The translations under genes and the position numbers were made by a program. Shown one piece after another: positions 25,303 to 37,353 of a stretch of DNA of 64,000 nt. The stretch's first letter is position 1; every line of letters starts with the position of its first letter. The notes under the pieces are model-generated. The model made no database searches. It was not told the DNA's origin and was given only the letters and a program-made list of their open reading frames with translations. Source of the DNA: Callorhinchus milii (Eukaryota); contig NW_024704742.1 in the NCBI RefSeq assembly GCF_018977255.1, positions 81,160,001-81,224,000 on the forward strand, in the 5' to 3' direction.

Positions 25303-26319
25303 AATTGGGCTGCAAGACAGCGATGTGAATCATTTTGAGACATCTTCCTGACATGAAAGCATTATAGAATTGTCATTTGTTGCTGCTATTGATGGGTCTC
25401 TTTGACTGAATCAGATTGGATGCAATGATTTCTAAGGTTCACTTCACAGTTATTAGTGCTTCATTATGGATGGCAGCATGTGTCAGCTTGGGACGCTTGG
25501 CCTAGATTCCCAAAGACTTTAAATTGCAAAACAACAACTTGCATTTATATAGTTCCCTTCACACGGGGTAAGCATCCCGGAGGTGGAATTGCATAAGGAT
25601 CACTTACAAGCAGAGAGGCTAACAATTTGGACATAACCTTTATCAGAACTAAAGTGATGAGGAACGGAGAATTACTACTAATAATAATCCTTGCATTTGC
25701 TGTAGAAGCTGTAGTGCCAAGATGTCTCAAAGTGCTTTATAGGATTCACTGTAAAGGGTAGTGACTGTATGTTTTGTATGTGAACTCGGCGGCCAATGTC
25801 CCACAAACAGCCATGAAGTGAATGACCAATTTTTCTGGTGAATTGTTTGCCAGGGCACTGTGAGGAAATCCCTTCTCTTTTCAATAGGATAGCTAAACAA
25901 GATATAGGAGAGTAGTACAACCAGCCAAGAAAACAGCTTATAGGCAGAAGCTTAAAAAATGTAAACTAATCATTACAAACAAAAAAGAAACAGTTAATCG
26001 AACAGATTGTAAAATGCTGATCATGCTGTTGTTGAGGAGTGGTGTCCCATTATAACTTGCTTCTTTAGAGAACAAATTCAGTTACAATGGAGTTCCACTG
26101 TGAAACCCATTGATTGTGCATGCGCGTAGTCAGCCGTCTTGTTTCCTCCACTCTGGTCAGGTTTCACTTTAAAATGCCATCATTTGGGTCATTAGATCAC
26201 CACTGGAATCACTTCCTGTTTGCTGTGAGTGAGCAAAGCAGGAAATTACATTTGGCACCGACTTGATGGCCCTAATGTCGGCCATTTTAATTTCCTATGC
26301 TTAAAAAAATCCATAAAAT

Positions 26320-26515
26320 GATAATAATAAGAATACTCCTTGCATTTGATATAGTGCCTTATCACGTATTTGAGACATTTCAAAGTGCTTCACAGAATAT
26401 ACTGTAATAGTGAATTGACTGTATATTTTGTGGGTGAAACATGGCAGCCAATTGTGCACAGCAGTGTCCCACAAACTGTCGTGGATTCAGTGACCAAATT
26501 ATTATTATTTTCTTT
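26320..26515 (-). mobile_element. tRNA-derived SINE 3' half
   Basis: Tail, stem-loop and Deu-like core in reverse orientation. Confidence 0.8.
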
Positions 26516-27887
26516 TTGGCTGTCGACTGCCTATGTTCATGCATAGTGAAACCAGCTATCATACCTTGCTATGGTTGAGGTTGGGATTTTATGGATCCAC
26601 CCAATGCATTATAACGAGATGTTACTCTCGCTGGAACAAGCAAGAGATTGTGAAATTGGAAGCAGTACTGATTGAGCTGTGCAAATGATTCTAATTGTTT
26701 TCCATTACATAAGAATGGTAAAATAATATTATGGTTCTCATTAAATGGATCCACAGGGATGATCTTGGAATAGGTTTTCCATATCTAGATTCAACTAAAT
26801 CGGGCCAAAAGATAGGTCAACATTTGGCTCCAAATTGGACTAATTGGATTTGAAGTAGTCTGTCCCTTTAAAAATGATAGGGATCATTACAGAATATCCT
26901 TTATCTCTGATCCTACATCGACTCTTTATGGCATGGCTGGGGAATATGGCCCCATGCTTATATTCATATCCTGATGGGTGGAAACCAATGGAAGAATAAA
27001 TCTTGAGTTTCATCTCATGGCTTGTTTCTGAAAGTTCACCAATAAACTGGAGGTGGTTGGGGGGACTGGGCTGAGGTACCTGGATTCCATTGCAAGTTCC
27101 TAGTACTCCAGTGCGAAGGGCAAAGTAGAGTTTGATAGTAAAAACACAATGAGAGGTAGTAGGAGTGAGTCACTCACTAACCTCTTGTTGAGGGCCAGAA
27201 CCCCAAAACTAGTGCAGTGTTCAAGGCTGATCTCAGAAATGTTCCAATATTCTGCTCCACATAAAGATGTGAAATGAAGTCTGTGCCCACAATTCCCCAT
27301 ATGGAGAACTCCTGACTTCATTAAGTTAAATGTAGGTGTCTGTCAAGTCACTCATTTCATGATTGTTTGTGCAACATTGCCGTGTGCACAATTGGCACCA
27401 CACTTCACAATAAAATCCTGCAAAGCGTTTTGAAATGTCTGGATAATGTGATAAGGTGCTATATCAAATGAAAGGATTACTACATGTTTTTTTTCCTGCA
27501 GGTACCATTCCAGTCAATTTTATGTCCTAAGCATTTTAGGACGGGCTTTCAGACATTCTGTCCTTGCTCTGTGGAACTCCATCCCAGAATCCCTTTGCCT
27601 TATTAACTCCGCTCAATCTAAGCCCACCTCAAATCATACATTTGACTAAATTTTCGGTCATCTTTCTACTTCCCCTCTTCTTCGGCTCCTGCCACCCAGT
27701 ACAGGTGTCCAGCTAACAGTGTCAAGCACTTTGAGACATCCTCCTGATGTGAAAGTTGCTGTATAAATGTGAATTACATTATTTATCATCATCCCATGCT
27801 TTATGGTGGCACCATTTACTCTATCATTTTACCAACAACCACTTTTTCAATCTTATTGCCTTTATCAGCCTCAGGAATTCAACATCA

Positions 27888-29310
27888 TCAACAACAAATT
27901 ACATTTGTATACCGCCTTTCACATTGAGAGGATATCCCAAAGCGCTGGACATTCAAGGATTTGGACCTGAGCACGGGGTTGGGATCAGGAGGGGTGGAGG
28001 GCAGGGGAGATAGGGGTAGGAGGGTGGCTAAAGGCGTGGTCGAAGAGGAGGTTTTGAGACATGCTTTGAAGGAAGCAAGGGAGGGAGCAGAGTGAAGGGA
28101 CTGTGGGATGGAGTTCCAAATGGAGGGGCAGAACGGCTGAAGGACCGACCGTCGACGCAGGCCGGGCAGGGGATGTGGAGCAGGCCAGAGCCTCTGAGCG
28201 GAGGGAGTGGACAAGTTGATATAGCATTAACAGGTTATAGAGGTAGGAAGGAGTAAGAGTGGAAAGCTTTGAAGGTGAGGATGAGGATTTTGAACTCTAT
28301 CCTTTTGGGGTGGGAAGCCAGTGGAGCTTGGCCATGATGGGGGTGATAGTGTCCCAGAGCCTGGTGCGGGAGAGGACACGAGCTGCAGAGTTCTGAATGA
28401 TCTGCAGCTTGTGGAGTGAAGAGTTGGGAGTTGGCATAGTTGAGCCAATTTATGTAATAAATATGTGGATGAGGGTTTTGGCGGCCTGAGGAAAGAGGCA
28501 GTGGCAGAGCCTGCTGACGTTGCGGAGGTGGGGGAAGGCAGAGTACGTCATGGCACAGATGTGGGGTAGAAGGGACAGTTGAGGATCAAACAAGACCCCA
28601 AGGTTCTGGACTGGCTTAGCAACGTGGAGTGTGCAATCGTGGATGGTGATGCTGCCGGCTCCAGAGGTGAGGAGGCGCTGGCGGCAGCCAATCAGGAGAG
28701 CCTCGGTCTCCTTGATATTCAATTGGAGAAATCTAGCTCTCATGCAGGTCTTGATGTCTGACAGATATTCTGTCAGGACAGCAGTTGTCCTGGAGTCGAG
28801 GGTGGATGCAAAGAGATAGATGGTTTCATCTGTGTACATGTGGAAGTTGTCCCCATGTCTGCGGATATGTCACCAAGAAGGAGCTTGTACATGTTGAAGA
28901 GAAGGGGACCAAGAACAGAGCCCTGAGGAACGCCGCACGAGATGGTGTGGGTGCTGGAGAAGAAGCAGTTTGCGGAGACTTTTAAAGTGGAGACGTTGTG
29001 AAAGGTAGCATCTGAATTATTCAAGGACAGGACCATGAAGGTTGAGGTGAGAGGAGAGGCAATGAAGGAGGATAGAGTGGTCGACAGTGTCGAAGGCAGC
29101 AGAGAAGTCAACAAGGATAAGGAGACAAAGCCTTGGTCACAGATGGACAAAATGTCATTTGTGACTTTGACCAAGGCAGCACTGAAACCAAATTGGAGGG
29201 GTTCGAAGAGGGAGTAGCTTGAGAGGAAGGAGTGAAGCTGGGAAGCAGCAACTCATTCCAGCACCTTGGAAAGGAAAGGAATTGAATATTTACCTGTAGT
29301 TTGAAGATTA
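27888..29310 (-). mobile_element. L2 LINE, 5'-truncated, about 1.4 kb, frameshifted RT
   Basis: [20 protein letters not shown] (degenerate YADD), FLQLNI, NLGVLFD; (CAA) tail at 27888. Confidence 0.92.
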
Positions 29311-30460
29311 ATGAGGTACTGACATTTGTAGCTTTGCTTCTGTATCACCTACAAGAAATTCTACCTGAGTGACCTGTATAAAGAGGATCAAGCGGTGAAT
29401 GAATCACATCTTGACGGTGAATATGCTTAGAGCACCATTTCAGAGGTTTGATACCCTCACATGTATACCCAGTGACGTCCTCATTGTTAATATCATGCTA
29501 CTATTTTCAGAGAGCAAATGATCTTGGCTACAGCCCACAATTACAAATGGCAGCAGACTGCAAAAGCACATACTACTCCACCTGTTAATATTACATTGAC
29601 CTTAACACATTCAAAATGAAGAGGGTGAAAATAAAATTCAGCACGGGGGTCTTGTATGCAACGATTTCCAATAGGAATCTTTTGTAAGAAAAGTAACTTA
29701 AAACACAATGCCCATTCACAGAATTGACACAGTCTACATTCAGAGCAGATTTCCCATGGGTCAGTGTGACAGTTGTAATGTGAAGCAGTCTCCATTTGCT
29801 TTCTCATTTAGGAACCCTGTTAGAAATCTCTGCATTGTAACCCTAATGTCAGAATCATCTGTTTTCTGTTTGGGTTGTGGCTGAATCGCATCCTGTAGAA
29901 ACATTATGCATTCATTACTCATTCCAGACCCAAAGTTTTGCAGGAAGTAAGACTGCGCACATAAACACCCAACAAACTCCCCCTCAATGAAAAGAAGAGG
30001 GAGGACGTGATGGATTTGAGGCAGAAAGTGCACTGTGAAAAGGCTTTGCTATCTCACACATATCCGAGTGACAGTGGGTGGCCTTACACATTGCTGGTTA
30101 GTTTGTGAAATGGCAATGTTGCTCAATCACAAAACGCAGCGGTACCCGGTGATCTGTAATGTGGGCGTGTCACTGACCCTATTCAAAATCTAGAACCACT
30201 GACTGAATTAAATAATTAAGCGAAATGTAGACGAGCCTCTTGGACCCAATATTTCCTGCCTCAGCTACTCTATTTAGCACCAATCATGAGACTGCGATTC
30301 TGCTCATTGTTTCCTCTTATCCAGCTGTTCAGTGCAAAGCCTGGTGCTTGTGCTGCCTTTTATTGTTCTGGTTAATACACTGCTCTCAGGGACTCTGCTG
30401 TCGAAGCAGCGAGCCTAATACTGCTGCCACTCACTTTATTTCCTGTTTTTCCACCAACAG

Positions 30461-30562
30461 ATGCAGTAAATTACATTTTTTCGCGGATTCCCAACCTTCC
30501 AAGTTTGTACTCACAAAGGACAGAGGCAATAAAAGGGGAGGACGGGACAGAGAAGGTTGCGG
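30461..30562 (+). CDS. PALM2: Paralemmin-2 cassette exon: (D)AVNYIFSRIPNLPSLYSQRTEAIKGEDGTEKVA
   Basis: ttttccaccaacag acceptor, CGG/gtaagt donor, 102 nt, phase 1-1; resembles recalled mammalian [20 protein letters not shown]. Confidence 0.9.
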
Positions 30563-31696
30563 GTAAGTCGCAGACTAAAGCATTGAACTTCAACAATGTC
30601 CAGATATTATATCAAACTTTAAAGTGATAGGAGGTCTCTGCTGGCATAGTGGTTAGTGCACTTTTGAAACAAGCAATTTTTTTTTAATGTGTACCATCTA
30701 ATATAGATATATATATATTTTAAAATGCTTGTGATCAGTCTATGCTATTGAATGCAGGCTATGTGTGGTTCTGGGAGTTGCGTGCCTGGCTGCACCTTGT
30801 CCTCTGATTCAATTATATTTAGAAGTGTGCATTGAAGAGAAACCAGATCATTTCTGTGTAGTTTGTATAAAATGTGGCTCCTTGGTTTGTTTGTGATTCA
30901 GCACAAATTAATGCTCAGAAATGGGCATTGCCTGCGATAGCACCCGGCTGACTCACTTTCCAGAATACAGTCTGTGGAGGCTAATTTGCTCTACAGACTG
31001 AAACCTTTTTTTCTATATAGATAGAGAAGAGAAAGAAGGTGAATGTGAGGATATATGACAGTGGGCAAATGTAAGGCTTAATAGAAGGCAGATGCAGTTA
31101 TTTGCCAGTCGTTGTATAGCCTCTCTTTAAAAATACCACAGTGGTAATTAAATAGTTTATTAGTATAAACCATCAGGTTTGCCAGATTGCCTTCTGACCA
31201 ATCAACTCAAATCCCACCACTCCACCTCCTTCCTGGGGGACACCGTTTGCCTCTCCCTGCACCCCCTCCATTCTGTCCGTCTATCTCCCCTGGATATGTT
31301 TTGGGCGTGGTACGTGATGTGGTACTTTAGTACTTGATTTTGAGGCAGCTCCAGGGATATGGGGAACAATAGGGAAATGGAAATAAAAGTATTGCTTTTA
31401 TAGGAGCCAGAACAAACACGATGAGCCGAATGGCCTTCTTCTGTGCTGTAAATTTCAGTAGTTCTAAAGAGATGAGCAGACCTGCTGGGATCTGAATTTT
31501 GAGTATTCTGGTCCCATATACATTTCTCAATCAACCGAGTTACCCAGGTCATGATGCTACATGAACTGTCTACAGATATTCAACATCTCAAAAGATTAAT
31601 GAAAGGGATCAGTGGGGCACATCCTTCCAGTAATGGGCAATTAAATGTTGGCCAAGCTCTCCCTATTTTTTGATATTTTCTACCAAGGATCACTTT

Positions 31697-32222
31697 AATT
31701 AATAATAATCCTTGTATTTGATATAGCGCCTTATTACATTGTGAAGTCCTGTAGTGTAGTGGTAAGAGCACTCGCCTCGCAAGCGAGAGTACCCGGGTTC
31801 AATTCCCGGGCAGTGCAAAATATTGGACAAGTTTCCTTACTCCACACGCCTCTGTTTACCCAGCAGTAAGTAGGAACCCAGTTGTTAGTCAATTGGCGGA
31901 TTGCTTTTCCGGGGGTAATAATATCTTAAAAATAATAATAATAATAATTTGGTCACTCAACCAACGACTGTTTGTGGCAAACCGTGGCAGACAATTGTGC
32001 ACAGTAATGTCCCACAAACAGTGTGGATTCAGTAACAAATTTTTTTGAGAGATTATTACCCACGGAAAGCGATATGCCAATCAACTAATAACCAGGTTCC
32101 TACTTACTGCTATGTAAACAGAGGCGTGTGGAGTAAGAAACATGTCTAAGGTTTTGCCTCGCTTGGGAATTGAACCCGGGTCTTCTTGCTTGTGAGATGA
32201 GTGCTCTAATCACTACATTACG
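31697..32222. mobile_element. Composite of two long-variant SINEs in opposite orientation
   Basis: Minus-strand tail 31697-31735, plus-strand head 31744-31977, minus-strand body 31978-32222. Confidence 0.85.
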
Positions 32223-33194
32223 GTAATCTACCACTTAATTGGAATCATCAGCAATATTTTACAACACAAGAAAAAGATAAGAAAGCACACAACAAGGCCA
32301 TGTCAAATATCTTCACAACCATGTCAAGTATCACCATACCCAAGCCTTTCATTTGCTCATTCACTGCATTTTCACTGAAAATTCTGTATAGAAATTAACC
32401 TTGCTGGTGAAGGTGGCTGTTGTGTTTGCTATAAAAACAGTCACGACACTTCATGTAATCTGTTGTGAAGTGTTTTGAATGGTTTGATTTATAGACACTA
32501 TAAAAAAGCATTTTTTTTATCCATGAAAAAACTCCAGAATATTCATCCATTCCTACATTTCCGCTACTCAAACACCGACATAATTTCATCCACAAACAGC
32601 ATTCCACCACCTCACATTCCTAATAGTACTGAAATTATTGCGTCAATTGATTGTTTATTTCAGTCTTCATCTCAGTCTAAAATATCCAGAATTCTTCTTA
32701 ACTAGTTACTTAGCCTGTTCTTTATGGAAGGAATCAATTAGTGCATCATCAATTACTTTTGATGGGAATCTGTTCCAAAAATGCGTTGAAAGTCTTTCAA
32801 TCTCTATATTCACTTGAGACTTTCATAAATCTGACCTCTGGTTCTACTCTCATGAGTCAAACGATCTGCTCATACCAGCATCATCTATGCCTCCTATCAT
32901 TTTAATGATCCAAATCATATCCCCACATTCTTTTCATTAGTAAACATAATTTGAAGTGAATCAACCTTGGTTCCTGCTGATGATTTCTATCCAGTCATCC
33001 TGTGGAAAAGTTGTTTGTGTATGGATGTTTGATGGTTTCCAAAATCAAAATGACCTGCTCTGTTGCCTCTGGTTTCTTCACTTCCTCCTCCCATTCTACC
33101 CTTCCCATCTTCCACCTTCCCCACAATGACCTCCCTTATCTCCAACTCCTCTCCCCACCTTTCATATTTTTGACCCCATCACCCCCTTTATCCT

Positions 33195-35237
33195 TTCCTG
33201 CTCGAGTGCAGATGGTGGGAAAACTGGCCTGACAGTTCACCGCCAACTGTGGTTCGAGCATCTCCACAGCTACCGCCGTTCTTTGACTTGTGCAAAAACG
33301 GCCTTCTACTTCAACATCATCTTGGAGGCTAAACACAATCCAAAAATCCTTTTTTCTACCACCCACTACCTCCTCCGTGCCCCCCCCTCAGGCCTCCTCA
33401 ATCTTCATATTAAATGCCAAGTGCGAGGAGCTCATGGACTTCTTCTCTTCCAAAATACTTAACATCCGTCAGGCAGCCTCATCCACCTGCCCCTTATCAC
33501 CCACCACCATGTCCTCTCTGTCCCCCTCACCTTCCTCATCATCTGCTCCTACCACCACTCCCATTCTACATTTCTTCCTCCCCATCTCTCCCTCCTTCCT
33601 CTCACCCACCATCACCTCCATGAAACCCACCACCTGCTGTCTCGACCCCCTCCGCACCATCTTACTGGTCACTCAGCTCCCCTCCTCTGCCCACGACTGG
33701 CTGACATCATCAACCAGTCCCTCTCCTCCGGATCAGTCCCTGCCTCCCTAAAAACTGCTGTCATCACCCCTCTCCTGAAAAAACCCTCCATAGATCCCTC
33801 AAACCCCAGCCACTACCGCCCTATTTCTAACCTGCCCTTCCTCTCAAAAGTTCTGGAACGCGTCGTTGCCAATCAACTTCGCGCACACCTCTCCTCCCAC
33901 TCCCTCTTCGAACCCCTCCAGTCCGGTTTCCGCCCTGCCCACAGTACAGAGACTGCGCTTGTGAAAGTCCCAAACGACATCCTCTCTATCTGTGACCAGG
34001 GCTCTCTCTGCCTCCTTGTCCTCCTGGATCTCTCCGCTGCATTTGACACAGTTGATCACGCCTTCCTCCTCCACCGCCTTTCCTCCGTCATCCACCTCAG
34101 TGGGACCGCACTCGCCTGGTTCAAGTCCTACCTCACAAACCGCCAGCAGTACATCTGCACAAACGGCTTCTCCTCCCGCTCTCACCCAGTTACCTGCGGG
34201 GTACCCCAAGGATCCATCCTTGGCCCCCTCCTTTTTCTGATCTACATGCTCCCTCTCGGGGATGTCATCCGCAGACATGGGATACACTTCCACATGTATG
34301 CAGATGACACCCAACTCTATTTTTCCACCTCTCTTTGCGACCCTCAGTCCCCTGAAGTTCTGTCAGCCTGCCTGTCAGATCTCAGAAGCTGGATGAGCGC
34401 AAATTTCCTTCAGCTGAATATTGACAAGACGGAAGCTATACTCTTCGGTTCTCGTCAATGTCTAAAATCTCACGACTCTCACCTACTCCACCTACCCAAC
34501 CTCCTCCTAAAACTCTCTCAACTTGTATGCAACCTAGGTGTCAGGTTCGACACCCAATTATCCTTCCTCCCCCACATCTGGTCCCTCACCAGCACCACCT
34601 TCTACCACCTCCGACCTATCTCCCGTCTCCGGCAATACCTCTACCCAAAAACCGCTGAAACCCTGGTCCATGCATTTATCACCTCTCGGCTGGACTACTC
34701 CAATGCCCTCCTCGCTGGTCTCCCATCCACTACCACCCATAAAATCCAAATCATTCAAAACTCTGCCGCCCGCATTCTCACCCGCACGAAACTCCACTCC
34801 CCGATCACCCCAGTTCTTGCCAAACTGCACTGGTTGCCTATTCCAGAGAGGATCGATTTTAAGATCCTCACCCTTGCATTCAAGTCCCTGCACTCCTCTG
34901 CACCCCCCTACCTAACTGACTCCTCTCTCCTCAAAACAGTACCCGTTGCCTTTGTTCCTCTGGGTCTGGTCTCTTCCTCGTCCCCCGAGTCCTCCGTTCC
35001 ACCTTCAGCAGCCGTGACTTCAGCCCCGAGGCTCTGGAACTCCCTTCCTCACTCCCTTCGTCTCACTCCCTTCCTTCCCATTTTCAGGTCTTTGCTGAAG
35101 ATCTTTCTTTTCAACCGCGCCTTTGGTCACCTTCGGCCCCCTCCCCCTGGCTCGGCCCCAGGATCCGTTACTGTAAAGCGCTCTGAGACGCCGTCCGGTG
35201 TGGAGGCCGCTATATAAATCCAAGCTGTTGTTGTTGT
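33195..35237 (+). mobile_element. L2 LINE, 5'-truncated, about 2 kb, with a largely open reverse-transcriptase frame
   Basis: Frame open from about 33691 to 35217: [63 protein letters not shown]; stem-loop and (TTG) tail. Confidence 0.95.
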
Positions 35238-36586
35238 GGTTGTTCCTCCATGCAGTTTCTCACATGAAACCCACCACTTATTCCCTTGATCCCTTTTCAA
35301 CACTCCTCTGTCCACAGTGATACTCTCCCCCCTCTAATAGCATCAACCTCACCATTTACTCTGGGAAAATACTCCTCTTCAAAATCCATCATCACTGTCC
35401 ACTTCTATCCAAAAAAACACACTTGACCTGTTCAAACTCTCCAGTTACTATCCCATGTTCAATCTTCCCTTCCTCTCCGTGGGCCTGAAATAAACTGTCA
35501 CCCTCCAGCTTCACTCCTTTCTCTCCCACCATTCTCTCTATGTGTCCCTCCAATCCAGCTTCCACCTTGCCCTCAACACTTGTGAGGCAACCTTGGTCAA
35601 AGATACTCATAACGTTATTTCTGCCTGCAACCTTCGCTTTTTCTATGCCTATTGTTCCTCCTTAATCTCCCCGGTAGTGACTGAAACTTGTGTGCCAATA
35701 AGTGTGTGAATGTGTGTGGTGGGGCGGGCGTATATAGGGGGAGCCTGTGGAGGACAAGCCAGAGGTCTGAGTTTGCAGAGTGGAAGGAGTAGACAGGAAA
35801 GAGGGACTGGAGGAGATGGCAGAGGTATGGTGAAGCAAAGGGATGCAGTGATATGAAGATCAGTGGGAGGATCTTGTGGTAACTGTAATAAAAGAAAAGG
35901 GAAGCTTTGACTGCAGTGTTATTTTGCTGCTAAGTCAATGCTAAATTTTGTTCTGATGGACCTCACCAGGTAGTCATGCATTACTGCTGTTGAAATCCTA
36001 GCATTATTTTTTNCAACCATTAATTAACAATGATGAATACAATAATCCTAAATAATCCTTGAATTTGACATGGTGCCTATTATTAAATAGCCTGGTTGCC
36101 ACGCTTTTGGCTCTTTAAGATAACTGCAATGCTCAACGAGCCGAAGCATTCTATTTCTTCTCTTCAAGGTGTCAACTCATGCTCCACCTTGTTCCCTCTC
36201 TCCCCATCTTCAAATCCCTTCTAACATCAAGCCCCTCACTCGTCCCCTTCTTCAGTAACCAATGCTGCTGTTCTTCAGTGCTTTATGCTATTCTCTTATG
36301 TGCAAAGCACTATTTAAGTGCAAGTTGTTGTTGTGACGCTTGTAAAATAAGGGCTTCGAAGGACTTTAGGGGAATGAAAATGTTTTGTGAATCACTGGGC
36401 TGATATTCCAGTCAGCATTCCGTGTTGCAGCTTTGGCAATGTGAAATCACAGTGGGAAAATCCCATTAGAGGCCAGCATGTCAGCATCCCTTACACAGAA
36501 TGCCAAACGGAATTCCAGCCGTCTGATATGTAAATACCTTGAGCTCCTCTCTTGAATGTGCATTTATTTGTTTGTTGACATTGCAG

Positions 36587-37353
36587 CAATGTACGGCATG
36601 CAGATCAACGTAGAAAAAGACAAGCAAACAGGAGAGACCAAGGTCCTCTCCACAGCTGCCTTGGGTCCTGAGGGAGTTTACCAGAGGGGAGTTAAGGTCT
36701 ACGATGATGGCAGCAAGGTTGTGTATGAGGTACATTCTGGAGGGGCAGTGGTTGAAAACGGTGTTCAACACTTAACCTCATCAGAAGTGGATCAACTACT
36801 AAACAGAGCTGGGAGAACCAATGTGAGTTGTGACAGATATGTGTCTGACTCATTGACTACATCAGAAAGCAATGCTTCTACTGAAGGCCCAAGGAGCCTT
36901 GGGGACACTGGACACAAAGATATGATCCTCAAGGAAGCTAAGCTAGAAATGCTCCCTAAGCCAAGTAACTTGGATCTTGCCGTCAACCCAATTTGTCAGA
37001 TACCTGCAGGTGAAGCTCCCGAGGCCAGTGCTGACCATCCAGTGACAATGATCTTCATGGGATACCAGAATGTGGAGGGGGAGGCAGAAGCAAGCAAACT
37101 GCTGGGCTATGAGGGAGCCATCCAGGCAGAACTTGTCCTGATAGACGAAGACGATGAAAAGTCACTGAGAGAGAAGACTGTGACGGACGTCTCAACACTT
37201 GATGGCAACGCAGCTGAACTGGTGGCTGGGATATCCATGACAGAGGCTACTGACACCCCTTCAGGAGATGGGCTTGAAGCAACTGAGAGCGGAACGGAAC
37301 CAGCTGCAGGTACAGAAAAGAAAAAGCGCTGTAAATGCTGTACTATCATGTGA
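36587..37353 (+). CDS. PALM2: Paralemmin-2 terminal coding exon with the paralemmin MIFMGY motif and C-terminal lipidation signal
   Basis: ttgcag acceptor, phase 1; AMYGMQINVEKDKQTGETKVLS, PVTMIFMGYQN, AELVLIDEDDEKSLREKTVTDVSTLDGNAAELV, KKKRCKCCTIM-stop. Confidence 0.96.

Larger units (their letters stand above)
22987..25504 (+). repeat. 67-bp direct repeat pair (22987-23053 and 25438-25504)
   Basis: TTCACTTCACAGTTATT.GTGCTTCATT.TGGATGGCAG.ATG.GTCAGCTTGGGACGCTTGGCCTA occurs twice with about 4 mismatches. Confidence 0.9.

Noticed and set aside
30528..30533. AATAAA inside the cassette exon
   Set aside because: Explained by codons GCA-ATA-AAA; no support for use as a polyA signal
33844..34893. 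Minus-strand ORFs of 111-156 aa over the L2
   Set aside because: Antisense shadows of the C-rich L2 RT frame
36556..36586. ATG start of the 265-aa ORF (MCIYLFVDIA)
   Set aside because: This is the intronic pyrimidine tract and acceptor; paralemmin similarity starts after the AG at 36586
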